DNA from: Chiloscyllium plagiosum | Lineage: Eukaryota | Direction of reading: 5' to 3' | Assembly: GCF_004010195.1 (NCBI RefSeq) | Contig: NC_057728.1 | Coordinates: forward strand, 54,343,378-54,407,377 | Length of the DNA stretch: 64,000 bases | Part shown: in pieces, positions 12,063 to 25,895 of the stretch | How the letters are laid out: every line of letters begins with the position of its first letter | Numbering within the stretch: the stretch's first letter is position 1 | The notes under the pieces: generated by a model | The model's input: the letters and a program-made list of their open reading frames with translations, nothing else | What the model was told of the DNA's origin: nothing | Database searches by the model: none | Program-made: the position numbers and the translations under genes

Positions 12063-13285
12063 ACCATTTTAAAATGAGACTTGAGAGAATTTTTTGTAAA
12101 CACAGCTGGTTGTTGTGACCTGAAATGCACTGCCTGAAAGCAGTTCAATAGACATCTCCAAAAGAGACTTGGATCAGAATTTGTAGAGGGGGAAAAAAAG
12201 TCATACAGCCAAATCTTTGTGCATCATTCCCTAAGCAAGTCCTTAACATTTTCATGTGTTGACAGCCCTGCCAACCTTGTGTTAGGAAGTATGTCAATTA
12301 CTGGACTCTAATTTTACCTTTCTACTTCATGCGACATCATTAAATGGTTCATTAGATCAATGTGGGTGTAGAGAAACCTTTGTGATGAAATCTAGTGTCA
12401 AAAACAGCAGGTTATATTTACTTAGAAAATGTTCCATGGCATTTTACCCAGAGGACTGGTAATGTAGAAGAGGTTGTAGAGGTATGATGGGGCCAAGCAT
12501 TGAAGATCAGAATTTTACACTTGATATAGGAAACCAGCATTGGTCAGTGAGGATCAGATATATCAGAATTTCTAGACAGCACCCTGCAGAAGCCAATAGC
12601 AAGCCCCTATTGGATTTGTTAAGCATAATCATGGACCAACCGAATGACAGTCTGCGGTCACTAATGCTCTCTTAGAGCTGGTACCTGAAGAGAGAAAGGG
12701 GCATAATCTGGAATGGCCCTCAAGATCATCACCTCTGAGTCAGAATCGAGAGTGGGTTTTAGGACAGGTCAGATTCAGAAGCAATTAAGAGGATAAGAGA
12801 CTGGCAAAGAGGGTCTTGGAGAACTTGAGCTGAGGTGTGTCCTACCAGCCACTCAGTGATCTATCACTAATTTTTGTAGACTTTTAAGCACTATTATAAT
12901 ATTTTTGTATCTTTTCTTCCAACCAGTTACAGCCAGAAACTTCCTTTGCATCAATCTGGTTTGAATTTAAACTCTGGTCCCTACCAACACTTATTTCAAT
13001 AATGAGACTGTTATTTGTCGATGTCATTGGTTTCTTGTCAGCATTGGTGAAAGATTAGTAGGGTAAAGTTCCAATGGGTGCTTTAGTTTCCCCTGAGTAC
13101 AAACACTTAGAGTTCTTAAGTTCCTGATTAGATGTTGAAAACCACACCAAATAATCACTCACTAAAATAATGCCCTAGAGTTAACCACAGCTTTATTCTG
13201 TCCCTTAATAAATGTCTGCTAATGCATTACTTCATCTACAGTAAATGTCCAGGTCATTAAGTACTGTATTACATTTTGTCTCCAG

Positions 13286-13384
13286 ACAGTGTCGATCTTA
13301 GAACAGCGCTTGACGATGACTGAAGACAAACTTCAGGAGTGTCTAGGCAATCAACAGACTGTGCAACAAGTAACGTCATCTTAG
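13286..13384 (+). CDS. POC1B: POC1B terminal coding exon (C-terminal Poc1 coiled-coil motif)
   Basis: Acceptor ttttgtctccag|ACA. Translates [32 protein letters not shown], the POC1-family C-terminal motif. The B paralogue is inferred from its position next to DUSP6 (POC1A neighbours DUSP7). Too short for the ORF track. No upstream exon was recognised in the window. Confidence 0.88.
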   Translation, partial: TVSILEQRLTMTEDKLQECLGNQQTVQQVTSS

Positions 13385-13985
13385 TTAATGAAAAAAGACT
13401 GATTTTTTTTTGGAGTTTGGATTTTCTACATTTATTCTTTGGTCATACTGCATCATTGGTCATTGATTGGACATTGTGTTAAATGGGAAGAATCAACAAT
13501 TAGTTCTTCAAGTAAAAAGGTACAACATATTGCACTCCGATGTAATTGGATTCTGGCACTGAAATGGTAAAATTGCTGCTACCAAACTTCCCCACATCTA
13601 CTTTGTGTGTATGAGACATGTCTATTCCATTTTCTTTTGCATATACTCTTTTACAATTGACTATTTCACACACCATTCAAGTGGAATAAATTGGACATCT
13701 GAGCATTTTTCTATCATGAACATTCTCCTTTGTGTAATGTGGACTAATTCCTTCATATATCATATGATGTGTACAATTCTGTCTGCACTCTGAGGCACAT
13801 AATCAGGGTGGTGGCTAAAGTTATACTGAATGTGGATTATCTTTCATGTGACTCTGTAACTACTTAAAACTGTCGCTTTGAATTTGCATTGATTCCAAAT
13901 TCAGATTGACTTGAGTTCACTGCCATAAGGTGGTACTTCCTCTATGTAACACATGCTTTTTAATGTAACTTTTTATAATAATAAA
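13385..13985 (+). other. POC1B: Probable POC1B 3'UTR with polyadenylation signals
   Basis: AT-rich, TE-free sequence after the stop codon; AATAAA at 13685-13690 and 13980-13985. Confidence 0.55.
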
Positions 13986-15752
13986 ACTCTATCCATTAAA
14001 TTTGAGGATGCAAAATTTTTAAAGAAAAATATTTTCAACTTGTATTTGAATTATCGTGACATTGTTAATTGGTCCATACTAATCAGCTGTGGCTTAATGG
14101 CAGCATTCTCATTGGCTTCTAGTATCCCAGTTGCTTGATTATGGGATTTAGTGACATCAACTGACACTCCTTTGAGGAAGCTTTATTTTGTTTGTAGTTA
14201 GGTCTTAAACGTATTTATAGCTTTAGTGCAACCTGCACAGAGACATCTGTTTCCCTGGAGTAATCAGGAACCTCTTAATATTTTCCCTAGAATGTTAGAA
14301 ATGTTAGAACTTGCACCATAATTAATTTAAGGAGTGATATTTTAAGACAGGACCCAATTCAAAGGCAAAATACTGTACTTGCTGGAAATCTGAAGCATCA
14401 ACACAAAAGTTAGGTGACTTGGCCATGCTAAATTGCCCATTGTATTAGGTGCATTAGTCAGGGGTAAATATAGGATAGGGGAATGGGTCTGTGTGGGTTA
14501 CTCTTTGGAGGGTCAGTGTGGACTTGTTGGGCCAAATGGCCTGTTTCCATACTTTAGGGAATCTAATCTAAAATACTGGAAACAGCTGGCAAGCCAAGTT
14601 TCATCTGTAGAAAGAGAAACTGAGTTAATGTTTCAAGTCTGACTTTTCAGGTGTAGCAGGTTTTATGGAAGTACAGAGCAAAAAGGGTTTTTTGGGTGTA
14701 ATGGAAGTGTGGACAAGGCTGTCGCAGAGATGACAGTTGTGAAGGTGTATTCTGCGGGTGTTATGTCAATCCATAATGACAATTAACACCAGCAACAACC
14801 CTTAAATTATTAAAGTGTAAATAAAAACAAAGTGACTTCAGATACTGGAAATCTAAAACAAAATTCATGTGCTCAAATAGTGAATATATCTGGTCATATT
14901 CATGGTGACAATGAGTTAATATTTTTTAGTGGACCCTTCATCACAGCTGTTTTAACACATTCTGGTGGTTAACTGCAAAAAAACACAACTGTCTTCAAAA
15001 AAAAAGTTATCGTGACATTTTGACACATTTCTATTGATAAATTGCCACACAAATGCAAGCACTATTTTCAATGAGTCAATGAGGAGGACTTGCGCTTTAA
15101 TGATAAGCCCTCTGGAGAAATTATTTTTCTGTTTCTAGTTTTTGATTAAGCATTGCAAGAAAGTGACTAAAGGTTTCCTGTTTACTGACCCCCTGATAAA
15201 TGTCAAACAGGTTTACAAGTTCTGGAAAACCTAAGCTTCTGTGTAGTGAGCAAAGGAGCTCTGAATCTATTTCGGCGTGTTAGGACATGAGATACAGGAC
15301 TTAACTTGCCAAGCTTCCAGCCTGTGATTTTCCACCCCATTTTGTGAAAGGGCAGGAAATTGTTCTTTGAGGGCAGGATGCCAGGATAGGGAGGCAGTGA
15401 AGTGTAATATCCCAGCTAAGATTTCTAAATCGAGTGAAATAAAACTATTTGCATGTTGTCTTATCACATTACTTCCTGACTGAGGGTGTGAGCTTTACAA
15501 CATTTAGACACAGGCACCGACATGTGCCTCATCACGATATGTAAGCAGATTTCTGAGAACAAGGTTTGGTCATTATTCGCAGTGAAGTCTTAAGCACGTT
15601 TTTTTAAAAACACATTTACACCCCTTGAGTAATGGCTTGCACATCCTTGGGACATTCCAAAGCAGTTCTCTTTGTTGTTTGCGCTTCTGTTAAGTGTTTA
15701 TAGGTTTTCTATACATCTACGGTCAACAATAACCAGTCACAGGCAGGGGAGA

Positions 15753-15943
15753 TTCTGGATTAGTGGTGCTGGAAAAGCACAGCAGTTCAGGCAGCATCCG
15801 AGGAGCAGGAAAATCAGGCAAAAGCCCTTCATCGGGAATACAACATCGATTTTCCTGCTCCTCGGATGCTGCCTGAACTGCTGTGCTTTTCCAGCACCAC
15901 TAATCCATAATCTGGTTTCCAGCATCTGCAGTCATTGTTTTTA
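15753..15943. mobile_element. PLE-derived fold-back element, family A (core deleted)
   Basis: Inverted arms tggattagtggtgctggaaaagcacagcagttcaggcagcatccgaggagcaggaaaatc and its reverse complement. TSD ACARGCAGGGGAGA at 15739-15752 and 15944-15957. Confidence 0.8.
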
Positions 15944-16038
15944 ACAAGCAGGGGAGAGACAATCCATGATTTTTTTTACCATATAGTCAAGTTCCTGTGC
16001 AAGCAACCACCTCAAAACTAGAGTAGTACTCTGCTCAG

Positions 16039-16280
16039 GGAGAAAGTGAGGACTGCAGGTGTTGGAGATCAGAGTCAAAAAGTGTGACGCTAGAAAAGCA
16101 CAGCCAGTTAGACAGCATCCAAGGAGCAGGAGAGTCAACGTTTCAAGCATTAGCCCTTCATCAGGAATGTGAATCAGGACATTCCTGATGAAGAGTTAAT
16201 GCTTGAAACATTGACTTTCCTACTTCTCGGATGCTGCCTCACCAGCAGTGCTTTTCCAGCGCCACACGTTTTGACTCTAC
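16039..16280. mobile_element. PLE-derived fold-back element, family A (decayed hammerhead motifs)
   Basis: Inverted copies centred near 16170; CTGATGA at 16185. TSD TACTCTGCTCAG at 16027-16038 and 16281-16292. Confidence 0.8.
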
Positions 16281-17240
16281 TACTCTGCTCAGAATGTGTC
16301 ATTTTCTGATTATGCCCTCAGTCTGGACAGATTGAAGAGTTTGCTATCTGACCTAGCATTGTGTGCTCCGACATATCGCCAAGCACTGGAGAAGGACCAT
16401 GAGCCAACCTTTATAGGATTTTTTTTAAGTCTAATGGCACAAAAGATGGTCCAACAGCAGTTTCCTGTCCTAAACCACTATCGAGGTGCTAATGATTGAA
16501 AACCATTTCAGCTGTGCAGGATGTCTTGTTTGTATGTTGATTTACAAAGCAACTGCTTTATTTGCATGTCTGCAGCAGGAAATTCCCATGTTGGGAGCTG
16601 ACGTGCTTTAGGAACAATTCAGCACTCCTAATGGTTCCTTGTGTCTCTCTAACTTATTATACATTCACTGTCCTTGCATGATTGAGTTGTAGAGAGTTAG
16701 TCATGAGTAATGTGCATGGGATAGCCTTTGTCTCCAAGAAACCAGCTTCGGATTATTCCTAAATCTGTGACAGTAGGACAACAACTGTCTGGTGGAAAAC
16801 CTCTGTTGCCTCCCTGAATGAATGGCACAGCACCCCTAAGCACAAACACAAACAATTCATAACACTGCTACTAATTTTGCCGAAGCAGAAATAAGTGATA
16901 TGCAACTCCCCTATATGTCAGTAGTTGACCCTTTAAACTTCCTTTGTGGGTGAGTGTCCTTGTGCTGTTGACTATCTTAGGAATTATGAATGATTAGCAT
17001 GAGCATTCAGTGCACATACCACACCACATTGAATGGTACGTTGGCATCAGATCAGCCTGATTGGCTCTTTGATGTAGGAATGGCATGGCACATGTGGACT
17101 AATGCCTTTCACACCATGGAGCACAGAAGCATCATTATAAGTCTCTGGGCCTGTAATCACATGGCCAGAATGTTGGCAGTTCACCTGTCAGACCAGGAAT
17201 GTTGTGATTTGTCTGCTTGTAGTCTTGTTGACAAAAAAGT

Positions 17241-17397
17241 CATGTGGAGGAGCTGGTGTTGGACTGGAGAGGACAACATTAAAAATCTCACAACACCAGG
17301 GTATAGTCCAACAGATTCATTTGGAAGCACTAGTTTTCAGAGCAACATGTGCTTCCAAATAAACCTGTTGGACTATAACCGGGTGTTGACTTTTAAC
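17241..17397. mobile_element. PLE-derived fold-back element, family B
   Basis: Inverted arms (tatagtccaacag...ggaagcac / gtgcttcc...ctgttggactata). Degenerate 14-bp TSD at 17227-17240 and 17398-17411. Confidence 0.75.
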
Positions 17398-17564
17398 GTT
17401 GACCAGAAAGTGAAACTGATCTTCAGCTTGTCATTTGCCAACCTATGTTACACTTCATTCAGGTGAAAACCAGGCTTGCAGTTCACAGTCACTGACTGAG
17501 GTGACACCTTGAAGACTTATACCGCTCCCAGTTTACAAATCATTGTGTTCTCGTGGGTTTTTAA

Positions 17565-17910
17565 AAATTCATTCACAGGATGGGGGCATTGCTGGCTAGG
17601 CCAACCCTTATTGCTCATTCCTAATTGCCCAGAGGGCAGTTAAGAGTCCAAAGTATTGCTGTGGGTCTGGAGTCACATGTAGGTCAAACCAGGTAAGGAT
17701 GGCAGTTTCCTTCCCTAAAGTGCATTAGTGAACCAGATGGGTTTTTTTCCAATAATCCAAAGTCACCTTTCGACTCTTAATTCCAGATTTTTATTGGATT
17801 CAAACTCCACCATCAGCGATAGCAGGATTCGAATCCAGGTCCCCAATACATCACCTGGGTCTCTGGATTAACAGTCCAGTGATGATAACACTAGACCATC
17901 ACCTCCCTCG
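17565..17910 (-). mobile_element. tRNA-derived SINE with L2-like 3' tail
   Basis: Reverse complement of 32400-32695 (ggtgatggcctag...ggttcaaatcc...gggcaattagggatgggcaa...gaataaaaaa). Further copies at about 31100-31420, 52090-52270 and 60650-60870. Confidence 0.7.
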
Positions 17911-20900
17911 ATGTATCTTTGCAACTGAAGATTCAGAAGCAAATCCTTTTTCCACTGTATCAGTGCTTTAATGTCTTCCACTTGGACCATGTTCATCTAG
18001 TGTTAGGATAAAGCTGCCTTCACATCATTGATAAGAGAGGTTTCTGTGATATATTAATGCGCTGGAAAGGGTTGTTGTCAGTCACCAGAAATCTCTCCTG
18101 CTCCTGCCGCCTGGCATAGGCATATTACAAGGATGAGCAGATGGATTATTGACTCACTTTGGCCACGTCATGAACATTTCCTTCATAGCCAACAGGCCGT
18201 GGATTGGGGCTTGAATCTGGAGCCTTGGCTCAGTTGTAGGGGTGTCACTGACCGTATTACAAGACTCCTACCCTCAGACGTCCAATGTCAGCATAATGCT
18301 TCTTCTCTATAATCCTTCCCATTTTGTACAGTCCAGCCATGATCCCAGTCTCTGATGCAATAGGTGGGACTTCCCCTTTCTATTCTGTTCATTCTGAGCA
18401 CTTTAATACTCACCAACAGTAGCTGTCTCAATCCTGGGAAGTTTTTCTTTTTGGCAGTCTGCCTTTCAGACTTCACAGTGCTTCTCCAAAGCTATATATA
18501 GTTTGGACAGTAAATAATTATATGGTCATGTAACTTAATACATCAAAATAGAACAGTTCCTTGAGTCTGAGTTTTATTTTAGGAATATTGGAACAGGGTA
18601 GTGAGCCATTCCGTCCCTTAATCCTGTCTTGTCATCCCATTGGATATTACCTTTATTCCAAATACCTGGCTTAGGTTCCCGTTGAGTAAGGGTATTAACA
18701 GTTTTAACGTTTTTTTGACATATTAAATTGTCTGCCAGCCTTTAGAGCTTTTTTGAAGGAAAAAGTTCCAGGTTTCCACTGCCCTTTGCGTTAGAGGTGC
18801 TTTCTGACATCATCTGTAAACAGCCTGGTTCTAATTTTAAGGCAATGCCCCTTGTTCTAGACTGTCTGCTTACCCCATCTCCACAGAGAAAATAGTTTCT
18901 CTCTCTTACAACCTTTCAAATCCTTTAATCATCATTGACGTCTCAATTAGATCATCATTTAATCTTCTTTACTCAAGGGAACACAGGTCAAGTCTGTCCA
19001 ACCTGTCACCGTTAAATAAACTACTTTAATAAGAATCATGGAATAAATACAGCACAGAGGGAGGCAATTCAGCCCATCGTGTCTGTGCTAGCTCAAGCAC
19101 AATCTTTCCCTGTCACTCTGCTCTCACGAAGTGCTTATTCAATCCCCTTTGAAAGACACATGCCTCCACTATGTTTGCCCCATAATCATTTTGCAAGCCA
19201 TGCCAGAAAACTAAATGCTCATAACTGTATTTAAAAACGGAAAGTAAACATCTGTCAGATCTACTGGAGAATCTTCATACAAAACCAGAAGTTCCAAGAC
19301 AATATTTACACTAACTGTGTTTTTCACAGTTGTATAAGTTAAAGTCAGTATTCTGTCCAGCATCAGAAAAAGAATCCCTACCTTTTCATTTGTTGGTGTT
19401 AGTAGAGCTTTTGGTAAATTGATTTCAGCTGGCCAAACGCCAAGTCTCTCGCTAAGACATGGACTACATTTTGAACTTAGCCGTCTGCCAGCCCAATTAC
19501 CTCATGTGGCAGTCTGAGCCAGCAAGCAGACACGGACTAGCTGGGGAGCCATGAATAAAACGTATTGCTACTCATTAGCACTAAAGCTCGGCTCACATTA
19601 TTGGCTGTAAGTTTATGATCTTAAAGGTGGTGTAAAACCCAATCATAATGAGTACACTGGAAGAATAAATTGAGGTCCATTGATTTTTTTTTATGTAGTC
19701 CCAGTGGCTATAAAAAAAAGTAATGAAAAACAGGAGAATTGTTCTACTGCTAACAAAATTACAGGTTGAGGGTTCTTCTCCCAGTTTAGAGACTGGAACA
19801 CTAAAGTCTGGGTTGACCATTGTGGTACTGGGGGAATGCTACCACTGTCAGTGTTAGCAGCTTTCAGGTGCAGCATTAAGCCAAAGCCCTAACCTGCTTT
19901 GGCAGGTGAATGTCAAAGTTCCCACGATACTATTTCAAAGAAGAGCAGCAGTCTGTTACACCCACTATAGTCGACCCAGTGTTGACTTAGCATCTCATTC
20001 AAGAGTTGGAATTGTGACAGTACAGCACTCCCTCATGTCACACGGAAAGTACCAGGAGAACTTGGGACTGACACATCACTGTTCTGCCATTCTCACACTC
20101 TGAACACTTAATCTGCATTATCAACACCCTTTCTTCCCCGGCACTCCAAACTCCCATATCCCCCACTATTTTATAAATGCTGTTCCCCCCCCCCCCACAC
20201 TTTATGTCAGCTCTGCTGAAGAGCAATCTAGACTCAAAATGTTAGCTTGCTCTCTCTCCATGGATGCTGTTTGACCTGCTGTAATTGCCAGCATTTTGTT
20301 GTTTTTAGTTGGGACTCTGCAAACTTCTGTTTCGCAGGAAACAGAACTAGCTCTGAGACAAGCTAGTAGCTAACGGAATTAAGACGGTCAGAATTCGAGA
20401 AGGGTAATCTGTTTTAAGTGAAGTTAGTTGAGGAATAAATATTGGGTCAAGACACTTTGGCTTACTCTGATTCAATAAACTACAGAACAAATTACAACTC
20501 AAGTTATCGATCTGCCTTGTGGATTACATAAAATGGGTCTCGTTTCAAAAATGATGCATGAAAGGATTTGAATCTTTAACCTTTTTTCCAAAATGTGTTT
20601 TGGTCTTGAAATTCTCACGTAATTCCTTGACAGAATTTTATTGTTGTCAGAATGTCGACAGATTTTCTGCTTTCAAGGCCTGGGAAATTTCTGACTACAA
20701 TGGGCCTGAAGGACACTCTCTTGTGTGTAAAAAGAAAATGTGTAATGCTATATTCTCTCAAATGAAAAACACCCACTATCAAAGTTCACCCAAAGCTCTT
20801 CCAATAGTGTTCTTTGTGACATTAAGAATGTGTATTCTGTATGTCATCTATCACTGCAGGAATTCCAAAACTTCTAAGATTATTTCTCAAACAATGGTTA

Positions 20901-21199
20901 CCCAAATCTTTGACCAACATAGCCTTTTTCCTTGCCTGCTGTTCCATTTTTACACAGTACTCGGTTTCTCTTCTTTGTACCTACACTCAACTGTTTCCAA
21001 CACCTTTACAATAAGGTCCTTAAACCTGTAGTTTAAGCAGGATGCAGTTTACAGAGTCATAGAGTCATACAGCATGGAAACAGACCTTTCAGCACAGAGT
21101 CATAGAGATGTACAGCATGAATACAAAACCTTTGGTCCAACTCATCCATGCCGACCAGATATCCTAACCAAATCTAGTACCATTTGCCAGCATGTGGGA

Positions 21200-23832
21200 C
21201 TAAATTTGCTATCTGTCTGAACCAGAGGGGTACCAATATCCTGGGTGGAGAATTTGCTAATGCTCTTCAGTGGGGGTGTGTTTAAACTAATGCAGTCGGG
21301 GTCTAGAACCTGAATTGTGATTGCAGTGTACAGAAGGTTGAGGGTAGTGAGGTCAGGAGTAGGTTTACAAGATTGCGTGAGGACACCGGCAATCAGGATG
21401 TTGGTTTGAAATGTGTGTACTTCAATGCCAGGAGCATCTAGAATAAGATGGGTGAACTTGCAGTATGGTTGGTACCTGGGATTTCGACGTTGTGGCTATT
21501 TCAGAGACATGGCTGGAGGAGGGACAGGAATGGTTGTTGCAGATGTTTCGGGAAGAACAGAGAAGATGGTAAAAGGTTGGGGGGTGTGGGTGGCATTGTT
21601 AATCAAGAGTAGTATTACAGCAGCTGAGATAACGTTTGAGGACTCATCCACTGAGGTAAGTTTGGGCTGAGGTTAGAAACAGGAAAGGAGAGGTCACCCT
21701 GCTGAGAGTTTTCTATCGGCCTCTGAATTGTTCCAGGGATGTAGAGGAAAGGATAGCAAAGATGATTCTCGATAGGAGCGAGAGTAACACGGTAGTTGTT
21801 ACGGGGGATCTTAAACTTCCCAATATTGACTGGGAATACTACAGTTCAAGTAATTTAGATGGGTCAGGTTTTGTTCAATGTGTGCAGGAGGGTTTTCTGA
21901 CACAGTATGTAGACAGGCCAACACAGGGCGATGCCATATTGGATTTGGTACTGTGGAATGAATCCGTCCAGGTGTTAGTTTTGGAGGTAGGTGAGCACTT
22001 TGGCGATAGTGACGACAATTCGGTTACGTTTACAATAGCAATGGCAGGGATAGATATATACCGCAGGGAAAGAGGCATAACTGGGGGAAAGACAATGATG
22101 ATGCAACTAAGCAAATTTTAGGATGCATAAAATGGGAAAGGAAACTGCAGGGGATGGACACACTTGAAATGTGGAGCTCATTTAAGGAACAGCTACTGCG
22201 GGTCCTTGATAAGTATATACCTATCACGCAGGGAGGTAGTTGTCAAGAGAAGGAGCCATGGGGAGCACTTTGGGGCCAGCGACCATAATTCTATTCGTTT
22301 TAAAATAGTGATGGAAAAGGATAGACCAGATCTAAAAGTTGAAGTTCTAATTTGGAGATAGGCAAATTTTAATGGTATTAGGCAANNNNNNNNNNNNNNN
22401 NNNNNNNNNNNNNNNNNNNNNNNNNNNNNNNNNNNNNNNNNNNNNNNNNNNNNNNNNNNNNNNNNNNNNNNNNNNNNNNNNNNNNNNNNNNNNNNNNNNN
22501 NNNNNNNNNNNNNNNNNNNNNNNNNNNNNNNNNNNNNNNNNNNNNNNNNNNNNNNNNNNNNNNNNNNNNNNNNNNNNNNNNNNNNNNNNNNNNNNNNNNN
22601 NNNNNNNNNNNNNNNNNNNNNNNNNNNNNNNNNNNNNNNNNNNNNNNNNNNNNNNNNNNNNNNNNNNNNNNNNNNNNNNNNNNNNNNNNNNNNNNNNNNN
22701 NNNNNNNNNNNNNNNNNNNNNNNNNNNNNNNNNNNNNNNNNNNNNNNNNNNNNNNNNNNNNNNNNNNNNNNNNNNNNNNNNNNNNNNNNNNNNNNNNNNN
22801 NNNNNNNNNNNNNNNNNNNNNNNNNNNNNNNNNNNNNNNNNNNNNNNNNNNNNNNNNNNNNNNNNNNNNNNNNNNNNNNNNNNNNGAGTCCCACAAGGAT
22901 CGGTGCTGGGCCCTCTACCTTTTGTCATTTACATAAATGATTTGGATGCGAGCATAAAAGGGACAGTTAGTAAGTTTGCAGATGACACCAAAATTGGAGG
23001 TGTAGTGGACAGCGAAGAAGATTACCTCAGATTACAACAGGATCTGGACCAGATGGGCCAATGGGCTGAGAAGTGGCAGATGGAGTTTAATTCAGATAAA
23101 TGCGAGATGCTGCATTTTGGGAAAGCAAATCTTAGCAGGACTTATACATTTAATGGTAAGGTTCGTGGGAGTGTTGCTAAACAAAGAGACCTTGGAGTGT
23201 AAGTTCATAGCTCCTTGAAAGTGGAGTCACAGATAGATAGAATAGTGAAGAAGGCGTTTGGTATGCTTTCCTCTATTGGTCAGAGTATTGAGTACAGAAG
23301 TTGGGAGGTCATGTTGCGGCTGTACAGGACATTGGTCAGGCCACTGTTGGAGAAAAGATTTACAAGGATGTTACCAGGGTTGGAGGATTTGAGCTATAGG
23401 GAGAGGCTGAACAGGCTGGGGCTGTTTTCTCTGGAGCGTCAGATGCTGAGGGGTGACTTTATAGAGGTTTACAAAATTATGAGGGGCATGGATAGGATAA
23501 ATAGACCAAGTCTTTTCCCTGGGATTGGGGAGTCCAGAACTTGAGGGCATAGGTTTAGGGTGAGAGGGGAAAGATATAAAGGGACATAAGGGGCAACTTT
23601 TTCACACAGAGGGTGTACGTGTATGGAATGAGCTGCCAGAGGATGTGGTGGAGGCTGGTACAATTGCAACATTTAAGAGGCAGTTGGATGGGTATATGAA
23701 TAGGAAGGGTTTGGAGGGATATGGGCCGGGTGCTGGCAGGTGGGACTAGATTGGGTTGGGATACCTGGTCAGCATGGACAGGTTGGACCAAAGGGTCTGT
23801 TTCCATGCTTTACATCTCTATGACTCTATGAC
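21200..23832 (+). mobile_element. Degenerate CR1 LINE(s): APE and RT, with N gap
   Basis: VPQGSVLGPLPFVIYINDLD...SKFADDTKIGG RT core; GDLKLPNIDW and LDLVL APE motifs; (ctctatga)n tail. Confidence 0.9.
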
Positions 23833-23834
23833 CT

Positions 23835-24140
23835 TCAATGCATTATCTGGGCCAACATGGCACACATTGTTAAAGTTTACTTGAGAATGTAACTTTAAGA
23901 AAGTTCTGGAATTTATGCATGAAACCAACATCGTCATTCTAAAAGCTGAGAGACTTTACAAACAATCCAGGTCTTTTTCAATATATAATTTCAGTTACAT
24001 CACACTATAAACTTTTGCTATAAATTCTGTGTCCTATGATTTTACACTCCACAACCACCTGATGAAGGAGCAGTGCTCCAAAAGCTAGTACTTCCAAATA
24101 AACCTGTTGGACTATAACTTGGTGTGTGACTTTTAACTTT
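23835..24140 (+). mobile_element. PLE family B fragment with hammerhead-like motif at 24059
   Basis: accacCTGATGAaGGAGCagtGCTCCaaaagctagt, with G12 lost to probable CpG decay. Upstream sequence is similar to 25320-25460. Confidence 0.7.
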
Positions 24141-25895
24141 AGAACTGCACGCAGTATTCCAAAAGTGGTCTAACCAATGTCCTCTACATGAGCTCCCAAC
24201 TCCTATACTCAATGCACTGACCGATAAAGGCAGGCATACCAAACACCTTTTTCACTCTCTTCCGCTTTCATGGAACTATAGAACCTGCAATCCAAGGTCT
24301 CTTTGTTCAGCAACACTCCCCAGGACCTTAGCATTGAGTGTATAAGTCCTACCCTGATTTGCCTTCCCAAAATGCACACCTCACATTTATCTAAATTAAA
24401 TTCCATCTGCCAGTCATCGGTCAATTGGCCCATCTGATCAAGATCCCGTTATAATTTGAGGTAGCCTCCTTCACTGTCCATTCCACCGCCAATTTTGGTG
24501 TCATCTGCAATCTTACTAACAATACCTGCTATGTTCACATCCAAATCATTTATATAAATGATGAAAAGCAGTGGACCCAGCACTGATCCTTGTTGCATAC
24601 CGCTGGTCACAAGCCTCCAGTCTGAAAAGCAATCCTCCACCACCATCCCCAGTCTTCTACCTTCAATGGTAGCCATAATGTGGAGGAGCCAGTGTTGGAC
24701 TGGGGTGGACAAAGTTAAAAATCATACAACACCAGGTTATAGTCCAACAGGTTTATTTGGAAGCACTAGCTTTTGGAGCGCAGCTCCTTCATCAGGTAGC
24801 TAGTGGGGCAGGATCATTGGACACAGAATTTATAGTAAAAGACCAAAGTGTCAAAGAAACAGATGCAAGTAATGAATAAACCTGGATCGCTGCTTAGTCT
24901 TTAATCATTTAGAATGGGGTTGCAGGTTTCGATTCAATAATATGTAAATCCCAGAAATTCTTTCAAGTCACAGTCCTGAAATAATTTAAGGTTTTATAAA
25001 AAAGAAGTGACATCTCAGCTCAGACAATGCAGTAAAGGTGTAAGGTTAGAGTCTGTCTGTATCCCAACCTTGAGTCAGACTGGGTCTATTTCCGAAGTAG
25101 GAATTGATAAAATGATACATTCTATTTTGTTCAAAAGGCAAAACCTGTAGGCAGTCAGTCCATGTGACATTTTCTAAGTTCTTACTTTGGAAATAGAACC
25201 AGTCTGACTCAAGGTTCGGATGCAGACAGACTCTAACCTCACACCTTTAATGCATTGCCTGAGCTGAGATTTCCCTTTTTTATAAAACCTTAAGTTATCT
25301 CTGGACTGTGACTTGAAAGAATTTCTGGGATTTACATATTAATGAATTGAAACCTGCAACCCCATTCTAAGTGATTAAAGACTTAACAGCGATCTAGGGT
25401 TGTTCAATACATCGCATCAATTTTACCTTTTACTATAAATTCTGTGTCCTATGATCCTGCCCCATTGGCTACCTGATGAAGGCGCAGTGCTCCGAAAACT
25501 TGTACTTCCAAGTAAACCTGTTGGACTATAACCAGATGTTGTGTGATGTTTAACTTCTACCTTTGAGCCCGTTCTGTATCCAAATAGCTAGTTGTCTCTG
25601 TATTTTGTCTGATCTAACCTTGCTAACCAGTCTACCTGAAGAACCTGGTCGAACGCCTTACTAAAGTCCATATAGATCACATCTACCGCTCTGCTCTCAT
25701 CAATCCTCTTTGTTTCTTCTTCAAAACAGTCAACCAAGTTAGTGAGACATGATTTCCCACGCACAAAGCCATGCTGACTATCCCTGATCAGTCCTTGCCT
25801 TTCCAAATACATGTTAATCCTGACCCTCAGGATTCCCTCCAACAACCACTGATGTCAGGTTCACTGGTCCATAGTTCCCTGGCTTTTCCTTACCA
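24140..25895 (-). mobile_element. CR1 LINE RT fragment interrupted by a PLE fold-back
   Basis: QGSVLGPLLFIIYINDLD...IADDTKIGG and SQHGFVRGKSCLTNL...YMDFSKAFD on the - strand. Confidence 0.88.
24667..25553. mobile_element. Large PLE family B fold-back (arms about 390 bp) inserted in a CR1
   Basis: About 24712-25115 is the reverse complement of about 25168-25556. Hammerhead-like cores at about 24767-24795(-) and 25473(+). TSD CTTCTACCTT at 24654-24663 and 25554-25563. Confidence 0.85.

Noticed and set aside
22193..23202. Long ORFs spanning N runs (also 2895-3941, 37531-38665 and 40568-40924)
   Set aside because: Their length comes from assembly gaps; the flanks are retroelement fragments or low-complexity DNA.
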